DNA of 64,000 nucleotides from Syntrophales bacterium (GTDB lineage Bacteria; Desulfobacterota; Syntrophia; Syntrophales; PHBD01): NCBI GenBank assembly GCA_963668175.1, contig OY764159.1, positions 2,080,001 to 2,144,000 of the forward strand, read 5' to 3'. Shown piece by piece: positions 54,522 to 64,000 of this stretch (position 1 is its first letter; each line of letters starts with the position of its first letter). The notes under the pieces were generated by a model. It saw only the letters and a program-made list of their open reading frames with translations, ran no database searches and was not told where the DNA came from. The position numbers and the translations under genes were made by a program.

Positions 54522-55964
54522 TTGGATCTCTACCTCAACCCCAGCATCGTCTTCACGCCGGCCGCCCAGAAGAACAGGGTCGTCCCGGCGTTCTTCTTCC
54601 GTGCCGTAAGATCGCCCAAGACGTTCCTCCATTACTGGTGGATCGAGCAGGGGACCGGGAACAGATCGTTCGAGGTCCACCGCTGCCGGATCGAGGAGGG
54701 CCGCCCGGATTCGGCCCTGGGCAACGCGAAGCGCTTCAACGAGCTTTTCCCGGACATCGCGAAGGCCCAGCGGGTGCCCATCCTTCCCGAAGGGGCCGAA
54801 CTGGACACGTTCCTTTCCTCCTTCACGAAGGACGCGATCGAAAAGAAGAATATCGAGGACAAGAAATTCGGCCCGATGCGGCAGGCCTTCTGCCAGATCG
54901 TCATGGACCGGTTCGCGGCGGCGCAGGAGGCGATCGCGGTCAACGACACGGCCCGCCTGAACGAATTCTTCAAGGGCCTCACGATCGGCAGCAGCAAAAA
55001 CATCTACGGCTTCCACATGCAGGCCGTCAAGGACTGCTTCACCGCCTTCCATTTCTACAGCAAGACCTACAGCGGCCTGCGCTTCTCCTCCTTCGGCCTC
55101 GACGACCTCGTCCGGTACGTGGAGGAGCACCGCAAGGGCTACCCGAAGAAACTGACCGAGCACGAGATCACGGGCTTCACGAGAAAACCCGCGGCGGCGT
55201 TCCATACGGCCCCGGCCGCGCCGCCCTATACCATCCCGAACGTAGGCAAAGATTTCAAGGGGATTCACAAGGAGTACCTCGACATCGTCAAGGCGTCGTT
55301 GAAGCACTGGAAGGCCAGGAACGTACAGATGCCGATGGTGGGCAAGCCCAAGCAGGCCCCCGACGCGGTGCTGACACCGGGCAAGGAGGACGATCCGGTC
55401 GTCGTCCACGAGTACGGTTTCCGGGGGGACGGGCGGCCGCCCGTGGTCATCATGGCGAGCGGCGGATTCCATCCCAACACGATACGCTACTTCGCCGATC
55501 CCGGCAAGGAGGCCGACTTCGAGAAGAAGCGCCAGGACCTGTACGCCAGGGCCGAGAAGGATTACCAGTTCGACAAGGTGGACCCCAACGCCCCCATGCA
55601 GCCCCACTTCGATCCGTGGCTCCATCAGGACACGTACGACGCGATCAGCGTCTTCCTGTCGATCAGCCGTGCGCCCACGGTCGCCGAGCATTTCATCCAC
55701 ATGTTCGGCAAGGGCAACGGCCATATCTACCTGATCCGCGGCGTGGGCGGGATCGACCAGGAGGCGACGTTCCAGAAGGTCCAGTATCCCGGCGAAAAGG
55801 AGCTCTCCGTGCCCGGCGGTGTGGACTGGGAAGACATCGTCGCCTTCCGGCCCGTCGTGAACGGCAAACCGGCGGATTTCTGCTACGTCCGCGAGAACAA
55901 CAAGTGGCGGATGAAGGAACGGGACGTCCAGGACAAGGCGATCAACGCCATGATGCATCTCTAG
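54522..55964 (+). CDS. Protein with C-terminal R-S-E class ADP-ribosyltransferase (cholera / heat-labile enterotoxin A-like)
   Basis: AGGAGG RBS and TTG start; GFRGDGRPP..I...GGF.P, FLSIS, YPGEKELSVPGGV.WEDI motifs. Confidence 0.8.
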   Translation: MDLYLNPSIVFTPAAQKNRVVPAFFFRAVRSPKTFLHYWWIEQGTGNRSFEVHRCRIEEGRPDSALGNAKRFNELFPDIAKAQRVPILPEGAELDTFLSSFTKDAIEKKNIEDKKFGPMRQAFCQIVMDRFAAAQEAIAVNDTARLNEFFKGLTIGSSKNIYGFHMQAVKDCFTAFHFYSKTYSGLRFSSFGLDDLVRYVEEHRKGYPKKLTEHEITGFTRKPAAAFHTAPAAPPYTIPNVGKDFKGIHKEYLDIVKASLKHWKARNVQMPMVGKPKQAPDAVLTPGKEDDPVVVHEYGFRGDGRPPVVIMASGGFHPNTIRYFADPGKEADFEKKRQDLYARAEKDYQFDKVDPNAPMQPHFDPWLHQDTYDAISVFLSISRAPTVAEHFIHMFGKGNGHIYLIRGVGGIDQEATFQKVQYPGEKELSVPGGVDWEDIVAFRPVVNGKPADFCYVRENNKWRMKERDVQDKAINAMMHL

Positions 55965-55983
55965 CCGGCCGGGCCGCATGCCT

Positions 55984-56095
55984 AGGGGTGTCGAAAAACG
56001 CCCGGTATCGTGAAACATTCCGTCCGGCGTGTATCGCCTTCGGGCGTTTTTGAACGCCGCATAGGGGGTTCGAAATCGTATTTTTCCACAAGCTG
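55984..56095. mobile_element. MITE-like element related to 17417-17512
   Basis: AGGGGTGTCGAAAAACGCCC...GCATAGGGGGTTC...TTTTTCCACAAGCTG. Confidence 0.5.
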
Positions 56096-56305
56096 CCGGA
56101 GGCGTGCGCGGGATGTGCGGGCTGTGAATCGGCGGCCGGAAAAAAGTAAGAAGGTTCCACCCATGGGGCGGTGTGCGTCGGCCGGCGTGCGGCGCGAACA
56201 CCGGACCGGTCCTTGCAGCCTCCGGACCGGCTGTACAATAAAAAGCAAATGCGGTAAGAAAACGGTCTCGATGCCTCTCGACCGACCCTTGTCAGGAGAA
56301 AGCGT

Positions 56306-57583
56306 ATGAGAAGATCCGTCTGCATGCTTTCGTGTCTCGTCCTTGCTGCCGCCCTCGGCGGTTCCGGACCGGCCGCGGCCGAGGAGCGCACGGCCCTCGT
56401 CGTGGGCAATGGCGCGTACCGCACCGCGCCCCTGAAAAACGCCGTGAACGACGCGGCCGACATCGCCGCGAGCCTCGGGAAGCTGGGCTTCTCCGTGATG
56501 CTCGTGAAGGACGCGGGCCACCGGGAGATGGAGGACGCCATCCGGGAACTGGGCAGGCGGCTCCGCATGGGCGGCGCGGGCCTTTTCTTCTACGCGGGGC
56601 ACGGCATCCAGGTCGGGGGCCGCAACTATCTCGTCCCCGTCGGCGTCGAAATCGAAAAGGAGACTGACGTCAAGTACAAGGCCGTCGATGCGGAAATGGT
56701 GCTCGACGAGATGGGCGCCGCCGGGAACCCCCTGAATATCGTGATCCTGGACGCCTGCAGGGACAACCCCTTCGGGCGCGGCTTCCGCAGCGCCTCCCGG
56801 GGGCTTGCCGTCATCTCCGACGCGCCGAAGGGCATGTTCATCACGTATTCCACGTCGCCCGGCAAGGTGGCGGCGGACGGCACCGGCCGCAACAGCCCCT
56901 ACACGGAGTCGCTCATCCGCCATATGAACACCCCGGGCCTACCCATCGAGGAGGTCTTCAAGGAGGTCCGCAGGGACCTCGGGAGCAAAACGAAGGGCGC
57001 GCAGGTCCCGTGGGAGCTGTCCTCGCTGGAGGGGAAGTTCTTCTTCCGCCCCGGCCCCGGGGAAGCCGGGACGGATCCGTTGCTTAGCCTCCCGGAAGAG
57101 CGGACGCAGGCCGACGATGCACGGCCGGCCAGGGGGCAGCGGAACGGCGCGCCTGCCGGAGATTCGCAGAGGCCGTGCGCCGAAAGCGACGGACGTTTCT
57201 GCAAATACGCCGACGGGACGGTCCTCGACACGCAAACACACCTCATGTGGGCCGCAAGGGACAACGGGAGCGACATCGACTGGACGGCCGCCGGGACCTA
57301 TTGCCGGAATTTCGGCCTGGGCGGCCACACGGACTGGCGCCTGCCGACCCAGGAAGAGCTGGCCGGTATCTTCGACCGCGCCAAGACGCAGCCGAATCGG
57401 GCCGCGGAGGAATACCCCCTGCACCTGACGGGGCTGATCGAACTCAGCTCCTGCTGCGCCTGGGCCGCCGAGACGCGCAAGGGCGAGGCCGCCGCCCTCC
57501 TGTTCTACAGCGGCGAACGGTACTGGCAGCCCAAGTACAACGGCTTCTTCTACCGGGTCCTCCCGGTGCGTAACGCCAAATAG
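56306..57583 (+). CDS. Secreted caspase-family (C14) peptidase with DUF1566/Lcl C-terminal domain
   Basis: ALVVGNGAY, FYAGHG, ILDACRDNP; GTVLD..T.LMW, DWRLPT.EEL motifs. Confidence 0.92.
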   Translation: MRRSVCMLSCLVLAAALGGSGPAAAEERTALVVGNGAYRTAPLKNAVNDAADIAASLGKLGFSVMLVKDAGHREMEDAIRELGRRLRMGGAGLFFYAGHGIQVGGRNYLVPVGVEIEKETDVKYKAVDAEMVLDEMGAAGNPLNIVILDACRDNPFGRGFRSASRGLAVISDAPKGMFITYSTSPGKVAADGTGRNSPYTESLIRHMNTPGLPIEEVFKEVRRDLGSKTKGAQVPWELSSLEGKFFFRPGPGEAGTDPLLSLPEERTQADDARPARGQRNGAPAGDSQRPCAESDGRFCKYADGTVLDTQTHLMWAARDNGSDIDWTAAGTYCRNFGLGGHTDWRLPTQEELAGIFDRAKTQPNRAAEEYPLHLTGLIELSSCCAWAAETRKGEAAALLFYSGERYWQPKYNGFFYRVLPVRNAK

Positions 57584-57622
57584 AGCGCTGCAAACAGCAG
57601 TGAATCGAGAAAGGAAACGAAA

Positions 57623-58069
57623 ATGATCAATCATCCGGAAAGCGCCAAGGCGCTGCTGAAGGAAGGCTTCTCCTGTTCGCAGTCCGTCTTCGCGACGTTC
57701 TGCGAGGAGCTTGGCCTCGACAGAAACACCGCCCTGAAAATCGCCGACGCCTTTGGCGGCGGCATCGGGCATATGGGACTGACCTGCGGCGCCGTCACCG
57801 GGGCGGCCATGGTTATAGGCCTCAGGCACGGCCGGACGGCCGCCGCCGACAACGAGGCGAAGCAGCGGACGAGCCGGATCGTGAAGGCGCTGGCCGAGCG
57901 GTTTGCGGAGCGCCACGGGACGATCGTCTGCGAGAAGCTTCTGGGCTGCAACGTCGGCACGCCCGAGGGGATGCAGTACTTCAGGGAGCACGACTTCCGG
58001 AATACGCGCTGCCTTGCCTTCGTGGAGACGGCGGCGGCGATCCTGGACGACATCCTGGAAGGAAAATAA
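57623..58069 (+). CDS. C-GCAxxG-C-C family putative redox protein
   Basis: FSCSQSV, FGGG...TCGAVTG, VCEKLLG and C-terminal Cys. Confidence 0.9.
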   Translation: MINHPESAKALLKEGFSCSQSVFATFCEELGLDRNTALKIADAFGGGIGHMGLTCGAVTGAAMVIGLRHGRTAAADNEAKQRTSRIVKALAERFAERHGTIVCEKLLGCNVGTPEGMQYFREHDFRNTRCLAFVETAAAILDDILEGK

Positions 58070-58199
58070 GCGGAAGGAACGGCGAACGCCGGCGCTGCGA
58101 TTTGTTCCCGGCGACGGGAAAATGTATACGGACGGCGGCCGTCCGGCGGAAGCCGGGGCGGACGAAGCAAAACCAACAACCTGCGCAGAGGGGGAATGT

Positions 58200-58556
58200 A
58201 TGAAAATTTTGACAGCGGTATTAACGGCGGCGGTTCTGATGCTCGCGGCATCCTCGGTTTGGGCCGCGGACCCGTCCGGCGTCTGGACGATCGAAGGGCG
58301 GCTGGATGCCAGCATGGAGGTCAAGTGCCACGACGGCGCCTGCCGGTGCGCATTCAAGTCGGCGTACGGCAAATACGACGCCGTCGGCTATTTCCGGGAC
58401 AACAAGCTGGCGCTCGTCTACAACTATTCCACGCCCGTCGCAAGCAACGCCTTCGGTTTCCTGGTGTACGAGATGCAGGGCGATCATGCGATGCTCAAGA
58501 AGACCTACGACCTGAACGGGAAGGTTGTCGGTTCGGACAAGTGGGTGCGTAAATAA
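58200..58556 (+). CDS. Small secreted hypothetical protein
   Basis: GAGGGGG RBS; signal peptide ending VWA. Confidence 0.75.
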   Translation: MKILTAVLTAAVLMLAASSVWAADPSGVWTIEGRLDASMEVKCHDGACRCAFKSAYGKYDAVGYFRDNKLALVYNYSTPVASNAFGFLVYEMQGDHAMLKKTYDLNGKVVGSDKWVRK

Positions 58557-58890
58557 AATCTGGAAACCTTTAAACAATCCGTTCCGCAGTATGCCGCGAC
58601 GCACGCCGCCCGGCGTGCGCCGAGCCGCGGGCGGTGAAAAAGCCCGGCGGACCGGTTATTTTCCCCGTTTTCCTTCCCGGCGGCCTCTTTCGCGGTCCGC
58701 GCAGCGGCCGATTTTGTGGCCCGTTTTGTGATCCGGATCACCAATACCGCAACAATTTATTCAAGACAGACGCAACCTATGCTAATATCGGGGCCTCAAT
58801 CGCGGAATAAAAGACGGAGAGCACCGCGCCGGTACTGCGGCGCGACGACGCATACGCCGTATCTTTTTCCGTTTCCCCGGGAGGCATGTC

Positions 58891-60405
58891 TTGACCGAAC
58901 AGGAAAAGCCGAGAAGGAAGGTTCATCTGGTCGTCTGGGCCGTTCTGGCGATCTGCGTTATGGGCGCATGGGTGGCGGTGGAGCTGATGCGCTCCTACCG
59001 GGCCGCCATGGACGCCGTCCAGGACCGCAACGCGAGTGTCGCGAAACTCGCCGCCCAGCGCCTGACGGGGGCCCTTCGCGAGATCGACTACATCATGCGT
59101 GACGTCCAGGACCGCGTCGATCCCTACCTCCTCAGCGCCGACGAGGGGCCCGACGCCGAGGAGACGGGAAGGCTGAACCAGGTCCTTCTCCGGAAGATCA
59201 ACACCCATCCGTGGCTTTTCGCCGTCGGCATCATGAATGCGAAAGGGGTCTTCATCGCGAGCGTCAACCGGAACGCGCCCCAGGAAGTGGGCGAGGATTT
59301 CTCCCGCCGGGAGTACTTTTCCTATCCCGCCAGGCATCCCGAGAGCAACGCCTTCTGTTCCGGGGCCTACGTGGAGACGACGACGGGAGACACGTGGTTC
59401 TCCTGCTCGCGGACGATCCGCAGGAAAGGGAGGCCGTCGTTCGCCGGCGTGGTCGTTTCCGGCCTGAACGGCAAATACCTGAACGGCCTCTTCGGCAGGC
59501 CCGGCTTTGCGAAAGGCGGCGCCATCGCCGTCGCGGACGCGTCGGGAAGGCTTCTCTTCCGCGCCCCGGATGTCCCCCAGGCCGTCGGCCGTAAATCGGG
59601 ATTCGCCGAGCTGGACCGGTTCCAGGCGGACAAGGCCGAATCCCGCCAGACCGTCATCGTCTCCCCCCTCGACAGACAGGAGCGCCTCTTCGCCTTCCAG
59701 AAGGTCGAATCCTTCCCGTATACGGTGGCCGTCTCGTCGCCCGTCGAGGAGGACCTGCGCCACTGGCGCGTCCACTTCTATTCGTCCGTCACCGGTTTCG
59801 TCCTGATCGCGGCCCTCCTTCTCGGCATATCGTCCCTGGCCAGCCGGCTTTTAAACGCGAACATGCGCCTGAAGGACCAGGCCGGGGAGCTGGAAAGGCA
59901 GGCCCTCGCGGACCCCCTGACGGGCATCGGCAACCGCCGCTATTTCTTCGAGCAGGGCAGGCGGGAGCTCTTAAGAAGCCTGCGGACGGGAAAACGGCCG
60001 TCGCTCCTGATGATCGATATCGACCGCTTCAAGGGGGTCAACGATACGTACGGCCACGACGCGGGCGATGCCGCCCTGAAGGCCCTTTGCGAGACCACCC
60101 TGGCGACGGTCCGGAACATCGACGTCTTTGCCCGGATCGGCGGCGAGGAGTTCGCCGTATTGCTGCCGGAGACGGCGGCGAGCCAGGCCCTGATCGTCGC
60201 CGAGAGGCTGAGGGAGCGTTTGGCGGGAGCGTCCGTGGAAATGCCGGGAGGAAAGGCCTTCTCCTTCACCGTTTCCATCGGCGTGGCGGGTCTGGCGGCG
60301 GAGGACAGCGGCCTGGAGGCGCTGCTCAAGCGGGCCGACGAGGCCCTTTACGAGGCGAAGAACAGCGGCCGCAACAGGGTCTGCGCCGCCCCCGGAACGG
60401 CCTGA
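58891..60405 (+). CDS. Membrane sensor (Cache-like) diguanylate cyclase
   Basis: Two TM segments; DFS.REYF; DPLTGIGNRR, DIDRFK.VNDTYGH and GGEEF motifs. Confidence 0.95.
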   Translation: MTEQEKPRRKVHLVVWAVLAICVMGAWVAVELMRSYRAAMDAVQDRNASVAKLAAQRLTGALREIDYIMRDVQDRVDPYLLSADEGPDAEETGRLNQVLLRKINTHPWLFAVGIMNAKGVFIASVNRNAPQEVGEDFSRREYFSYPARHPESNAFCSGAYVETTTGDTWFSCSRTIRRKGRPSFAGVVVSGLNGKYLNGLFGRPGFAKGGAIAVADASGRLLFRAPDVPQAVGRKSGFAELDRFQADKAESRQTVIVSPLDRQERLFAFQKVESFPYTVAVSSPVEEDLRHWRVHFYSSVTGFVLIAALLLGISSLASRLLNANMRLKDQAGELERQALADPLTGIGNRRYFFEQGRRELLRSLRTGKRPSLLMIDIDRFKGVNDTYGHDAGDAALKALCETTLATVRNIDVFARIGGEEFAVLLPETAASQALIVAERLRERLAGASVEMPGGKAFSFTVSIGVAGLAAEDSGLEALLKRADEALYEAKNSGRNRVCAAPGTA

Positions 60406-60690
60406 CGCCGCGGGCCGGACGGATGGCGAACAGCCTGGCCGCGGACGGCCCTTGCCCCGGGGTCGCAGAGGCCGCAAACCCAATCAAGAGAAATGTATAG
60501 GCTGTCTAACACGATCAGATAGATATAATCATACAATCATGCTATCCGCCCAAATGCCAAAAAAAGAGATGCCGTGACGGCATTTTGTTGACGGTTGAAG
60601 ACTATTTGCGCTTTCTTTTTACGTTTTGCTTCAGGATTTTATCGAAAGGAACGACATTATCCGAAACGGCAGCTTTACCAGGAAAACCGA

Positions 60691-61158
60691 TCACTTGGCT
60701 GCCCTCTTTTTTCCGTGATCGGTTGCGCGTTTTGAGCTTTTTCCCTCCACGCGGTCGGAAATCAACTGCTTCAGCATCTTTTCGATGTTGGCAATCGCTT
60801 TTGCGGTATCGCTTTTGTCACTGATAAACATCAAGACCCCCCCCAAACCAGCTTTAAATGCATTCACGGCATCTATATTACCGCTCTGCAATAGGTATTC
60901 CACCAGTTCGTGGATCTCGCGGTTTGCTTCCCCATAGGGGGAAGGGGCGGAGGATTCGGGGCCGGCCAGAAGATCGAGGGCGATAAGGACGGCGAAAAGG
61001 TTGTCGGCGCTCATGCCGTCGTCGTGGAAAAAACGGCTGAGGACGCCCGTGGATACGCCCGAGGCGCGGGAAAGATCGGCGGCGTTCCAGCCGCGGTCCT
61101 GCATGGCCCGGCGTATAAGCTCTACTTGTGAAATGTTTCTCTTGACTTCTTTTTTCAC
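60691..61158 (-). CDS. XRE-family HTH regulator (phage repressor-like)
   Basis: RGWNAADLSRASGVSTGVLSRF; divergent from the replication gene. Confidence 0.75.
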   Translation of the reverse strand: MKKEVKRNISQVELIRRAMQDRGWNAADLSRASGVSTGVLSRFFHDDGMSADNLFAVLIALDLLAGPESSAPSPYGEANREIHELVEYLLQSGNIDAVNAFKAGLGGVLMFISDKSDTAKAIANIEKMLKQLISDRVEGKSSKRATDHGKKRAAK

Positions 61159-61563
61159 TTATGAAAAAATCCCCGGTTGAAATCGAGCATGGCCGCCGAT
61201 GAGGCACCGCACGGACCGCGTATGGCCCGGGATTCGGGGTGCGCCGCCGCCGGCCTGCGCCGCGCGTAACGCCGCCCTGCATCGGGCGGTACCGCAGCGC
61301 CTTATTGCCGCAACCCATCGGGCAGCGGGAGGGCCGCCCTGCGCCGTCCGTATTTTCGGCTGCTACGATCTGGAAAATGAGGGTGCAAAGACATAGAGGC
61401 GGGCGGGCATCGTTCGCACCGGTGCATCCAGACCGTCCGTCTCCCCCCCATTCGTTTTAGCTAGCACAAAAGCCGCTATTTTTAAACAAGTTTTTTCGGC
61501 GCGCCGGCATCCTCCGGAAAGATGCGGCGGATGCGGCATGACGCGCGAAAGGGAGCACGGCCG

Positions 61564-62403
61564 ATGGGCAAGGCCCCGGCGTTTCAATTCTATCCGTCCG
61601 ACTGGACGAGGGACCTGGAGGAACACCCCCTGGAGATCGAGGGCGCGTGGATCAGGATCTGCTGCAAGCTCTGGTGGGAGGAGGAACGGGGCACGGCCAC
61701 CAAAACGCTCGCGAAATGGGCACGCATCCTCCACTCCGGGGAGAAAAAAAGTCTCTCGATAGTCGCCTATTTGTTTAAGCACAGGATCGCCGACGTGGTT
61801 ATCGAAAAGGACGCCATCACGATCACGTCGCGGCGGATGGTCCGCGACGAATACATCAGGCGGATCAGGACTTCCGCCGGTATCAGGGGCGGGAACCCCG
61901 TGCTCAAAAAAGCGCCGCCGGAGGAGGTTTTGGATAAGCAAACGGCGGTTAAGCAAAATCCAACCCCTTCCTCTTCGTCTTCTTCTTCGCCTTCGGAGAA
62001 AGAGATAAGCCCCCCGGCCTCCGCTTCGCCTCCGGCGGGCGACGGGGATTTCGAGCAATTCTGGGCCCACTATCCGCGGAAAACGGCGAAACAAGCCGCC
62101 TTCGCCCAGTGGCGGAAGGCCAAGGACAGGCCCGGAGCGGACGAAATCGCGGCGGCGGTCGAGCGACAGAAGCGGCACAAGGCGGCCCTGCGGGCGGCGG
62201 GGCGGTTCTGCCCCGAGTGGCCGGACCCGGAGCGCTACATCCGGAAGCGGCGCTGGGAGGACGAGATTGCCGATCCGGAACCGGCGGACGGGGCCTGGGT
62301 GCCCCGGGAGTACGTCCCGGACGAGCCTGCGCCCGTGCTGTCCGAGGAGCAGCGGCAGGAGAACCTCCGGCGCATCCGCGAGCTGACCGCCTGCCTGAAG
62401 TAG
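61564..62403 (+). CDS. Phage replication-initiator-like protein (YdaU/DUF1376-like N terminus)
   Basis: KAPAFQFYPSDW; Ser-rich linker; FEQFWAHYPRK..K..A...W; RWEDE. Confidence 0.82.
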   Translation: MGKAPAFQFYPSDWTRDLEEHPLEIEGAWIRICCKLWWEEERGTATKTLAKWARILHSGEKKSLSIVAYLFKHRIADVVIEKDAITITSRRMVRDEYIRRIRTSAGIRGGNPVLKKAPPEEVLDKQTAVKQNPTPSSSSSSSPSEKEISPPASASPPAGDGDFEQFWAHYPRKTAKQAAFAQWRKAKDRPGADEIAAAVERQKRHKAALRAAGRFCPEWPDPERYIRKRRWEDEIADPEPADGAWVPREYVPDEPAPVLSEEQRQENLRRIRELTACLK

Positions 62404-62718
62404 GCGGGACGGTGTACGGCGGTCCTGCGGGTTTTCCGTGACGCGGAGGCGGGAGGGCGGCGAAAGCCGGCGGGGGCGGAAAGGCATGACGCGGGCGTTC
62501 CGGGGAGGGCGTTGCGAAAGCCGACGGGGGTAGGAGATTCAATGCACCGCGATTCGGTAAATAATCATTATATTATACTATATTTATATTGCATTAGGCC
62601 GGTTATCATTTATAATATCAGTATAATATCCTGACATGGCCGGATGGCGAGGGGGAGTTCGTAACCGGTTGATATTTTTAAGCGAGGTGCATCATGAATA
62701 GGGTAATTCCTGGGAAAG

Positions 62719-62776
62719 CGTCCCTGACAAGGGGACAGGTCCCCCGCAGGGGGGAAAGTCCCCCGCATGGGGGACG
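62719..62776. repeat. Three tandem GC micro-hairpins
   Basis: gtccctgacaaggggac / tcccccgcagggggga / gtcccccgcatgggggac. Confidence 0.75.
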
Positions 62777-62817
62777 ATATCCTCAGAATTTTGTCAAAAT
62801 TCTGACTACGGAGCGGC

Positions 62818-62890
62818 CGATATGGGGCGGATCGTTTCTTTGTTAAAGATGCAGACAAAAAGGACGTTGCGGCACAGTATCTCAAAGACA
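62818..62890 (+). pseudogene. Start-less duplicate of the 5' end of the 63522 gene
   Basis: RYGADRFFVKDADKKDVAAQYLKDT versus RYGADHFFVKENGNNVAAKYLKDT. Confidence 0.75.
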
Positions 62891-62920
62891 CCATATGCAA
62901 TCTGCGAAAGGCGATAAACA

Positions 62921-63496
62921 ATGACTTCTAAATTGAGGCGGCTGCTTGCATGGAAAAATCGAATTTTTAAGGGTTTCACGCTCTGGCCGACCATCGTGAT
63001 GCTGTTGTATTTCCTGCAATGGTGGGTATTATTTTATTGCCAAGATGACGTTATCCAATTTTTTTTATTCATTATATTGGTGTTCTTATTTCCGGCAGTC
63101 TGTTTTATTTGTGCACTGGTGTTGCTCGGAAGAAAAAAACCGAAGTCGTCTTTATCCTTACTTACCCCGGCATTGCTTGTGGTCTTTATGTTTCCTCTGG
63201 GGAGTAATCCTATCAAAGATATTTTCTACGATTCACGCCAATATGTAGAATTCCAAATCCAGAAAAGATTCTATTTCCCGGAGATGAACGACCCCGATAA
63301 GCTGCCCCCATACAAAGAATGGCTTATCAAAGGGCATCCTAATATCTCTAAGTATACAATTGTTTACGATTTAAATGAATCCCTGGATGAGAGAGAAAAA
63401 AGGAAAAAAGCCGAATTGCATGACCCAAAATACTGGGGTTACCGCATAACGAGAGTCGGTCGGCATTTCTATATGCTGCATGAATATTACCATTGA
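62921..63496 (+). CDS. Membrane protein, putative immunity
   Basis: 3 N-terminal TM segments; AT-rich; precedes a toxin-like ORF. Confidence 0.7.
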   Translation: MTSKLRRLLAWKNRIFKGFTLWPTIVMLLYFLQWWVLFYCQDDVIQFFLFIILVFLFPAVCFICALVLLGRKKPKSSLSLLTPALLVVFMFPLGSNPIKDIFYDSRQYVEFQIQKRFYFPEMNDPDKLPPYKEWLIKGHPNISKYTIVYDLNESLDEREKRKKAELHDPKYWGYRITRVGRHFYMLHEYYH

Positions 63497-63521
63497 AGTT
63501 ATTTAAAAGGAGGGCTGGAAG

Positions 63522-64000
63522 ATGGGACGATACGGGGCGGATCATTTCTTTGTTAAAGAAAACGGTAATAATGTCGCTGCAAAGTATCTCAAAGACACAA
63601 ATGGAAACTATATTATGGACGGTTCAACCGGGCGGCCGTATGTCGTCCCAGCCGATTTTAATCTGGACGCAGTGATTGCAAAATATAAACCTCCTTATTG
63701 GCAGTCGCTTGAACCTATCGATATTGCAACGCGCCTGGAAACGTATGTAAAATTGTTATCGAATTTTAGAAGCGGTCGGCCGGACGACTTGCAGACAGCC
63801 TATAATGGAAAGGTTGGAGCCAACTGGGTCGAGGACTTTCGGCCGGCAGCAAACTATGTGTTCGGTGCGGCGTGCTCCGCGGCAGGTTTAACCTTGCATG
63901 AATGCATGGCTGGCGGGGGAGTGTATAACCTTAAAAAAGCCCTTTGGGATAAAAACCCCGATATTGATCCCTCCGGGATATTTGGAAATAATCCGGCCAA
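63522..64000 (+). CDS. Partial ORF with Ntox44-like putative toxin domain (runs off the window end)
   Basis: AGGAGG RBS and ATG at 63522; open to the end; FRSG..DDLQ...FRPAANYVFGAACSAAG. Confidence 0.6.
   Translation, partial: MGRYGADHFFVKENGNNVAAKYLKDTNGNYIMDGSTGRPYVVPADFNLDAVIAKYKPPYWQSLEPIDIATRLETYVKLLSNFRSGRPDDLQTAYNGKVGANWVEDFRPAANYVFGAACSAAGLTLHECMAGGGVYNLKKALWDKNPDIDPSGIFGNNPA

Noticed and set aside
54072..56201. 709-aa (-) and 558-aa (+) ORFs
   Set aside because: They overlap the ART gene, which has the RBS and the recognisable motifs

Overview
GC-rich bacterial chromosome segment interrupted by several AT-rich accessory blocks. Gene content (DUF362, C-GCAxxG-C-C protein, PEP-CTERM proteins, sigma54 promoters) suggests an anaerobic deltaproteobacterium/Desulfobacterota; this is inference only. 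(1) 1-12.9 kb, minus strand: an Rhs/YD polymorphic toxin with a signal peptide, its immunity gene, and at least six orphan C-terminal toxin/immunity cassettes. Every cassette starts at the same codon just after a conserved boxA-like 12-mer (GTTCTTTGA[A/C]AA), and four carry an identical in-frame 21-nt hairpin insertion. (2) 13.3-17.4 kb: a phage-like early operon (erf, ssb, small HTH gene) containing a Tlde1-like toxin/immunity pair; it points into an 11-bp-phased repeat promoter upstream of rhs. (3) 18-25.9 kb: an orphan PD-(D/E)xK nuclease, BrnTA, a TRAP transporter and a Fic gene, partitioned by three copies of the 3' end of a spermidine-synthase-like gene. (4) 34.6-41.7 kb: an AT-rich five-gene candidate defence operon (membrane protein, metallophosphoesterase-wHTH split by an intact IS2-like element, ORC/CDC6-like ATPase, Rossmann-like protein, Dam-family methylase). 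(5) 42-60 kb: housekeeping and secreted proteins, including a cholera-toxin-like ADP-ribosyltransferase, a caspase-family protein and a diguanylate cyclase. (6) 60.7-64 kb: a phage repressor and replication gene, then the start of a second toxin/immunity region. I recognised no rRNA, tRNA or CRISPR array. All family calls come from motif recognition by eye, not database searches.
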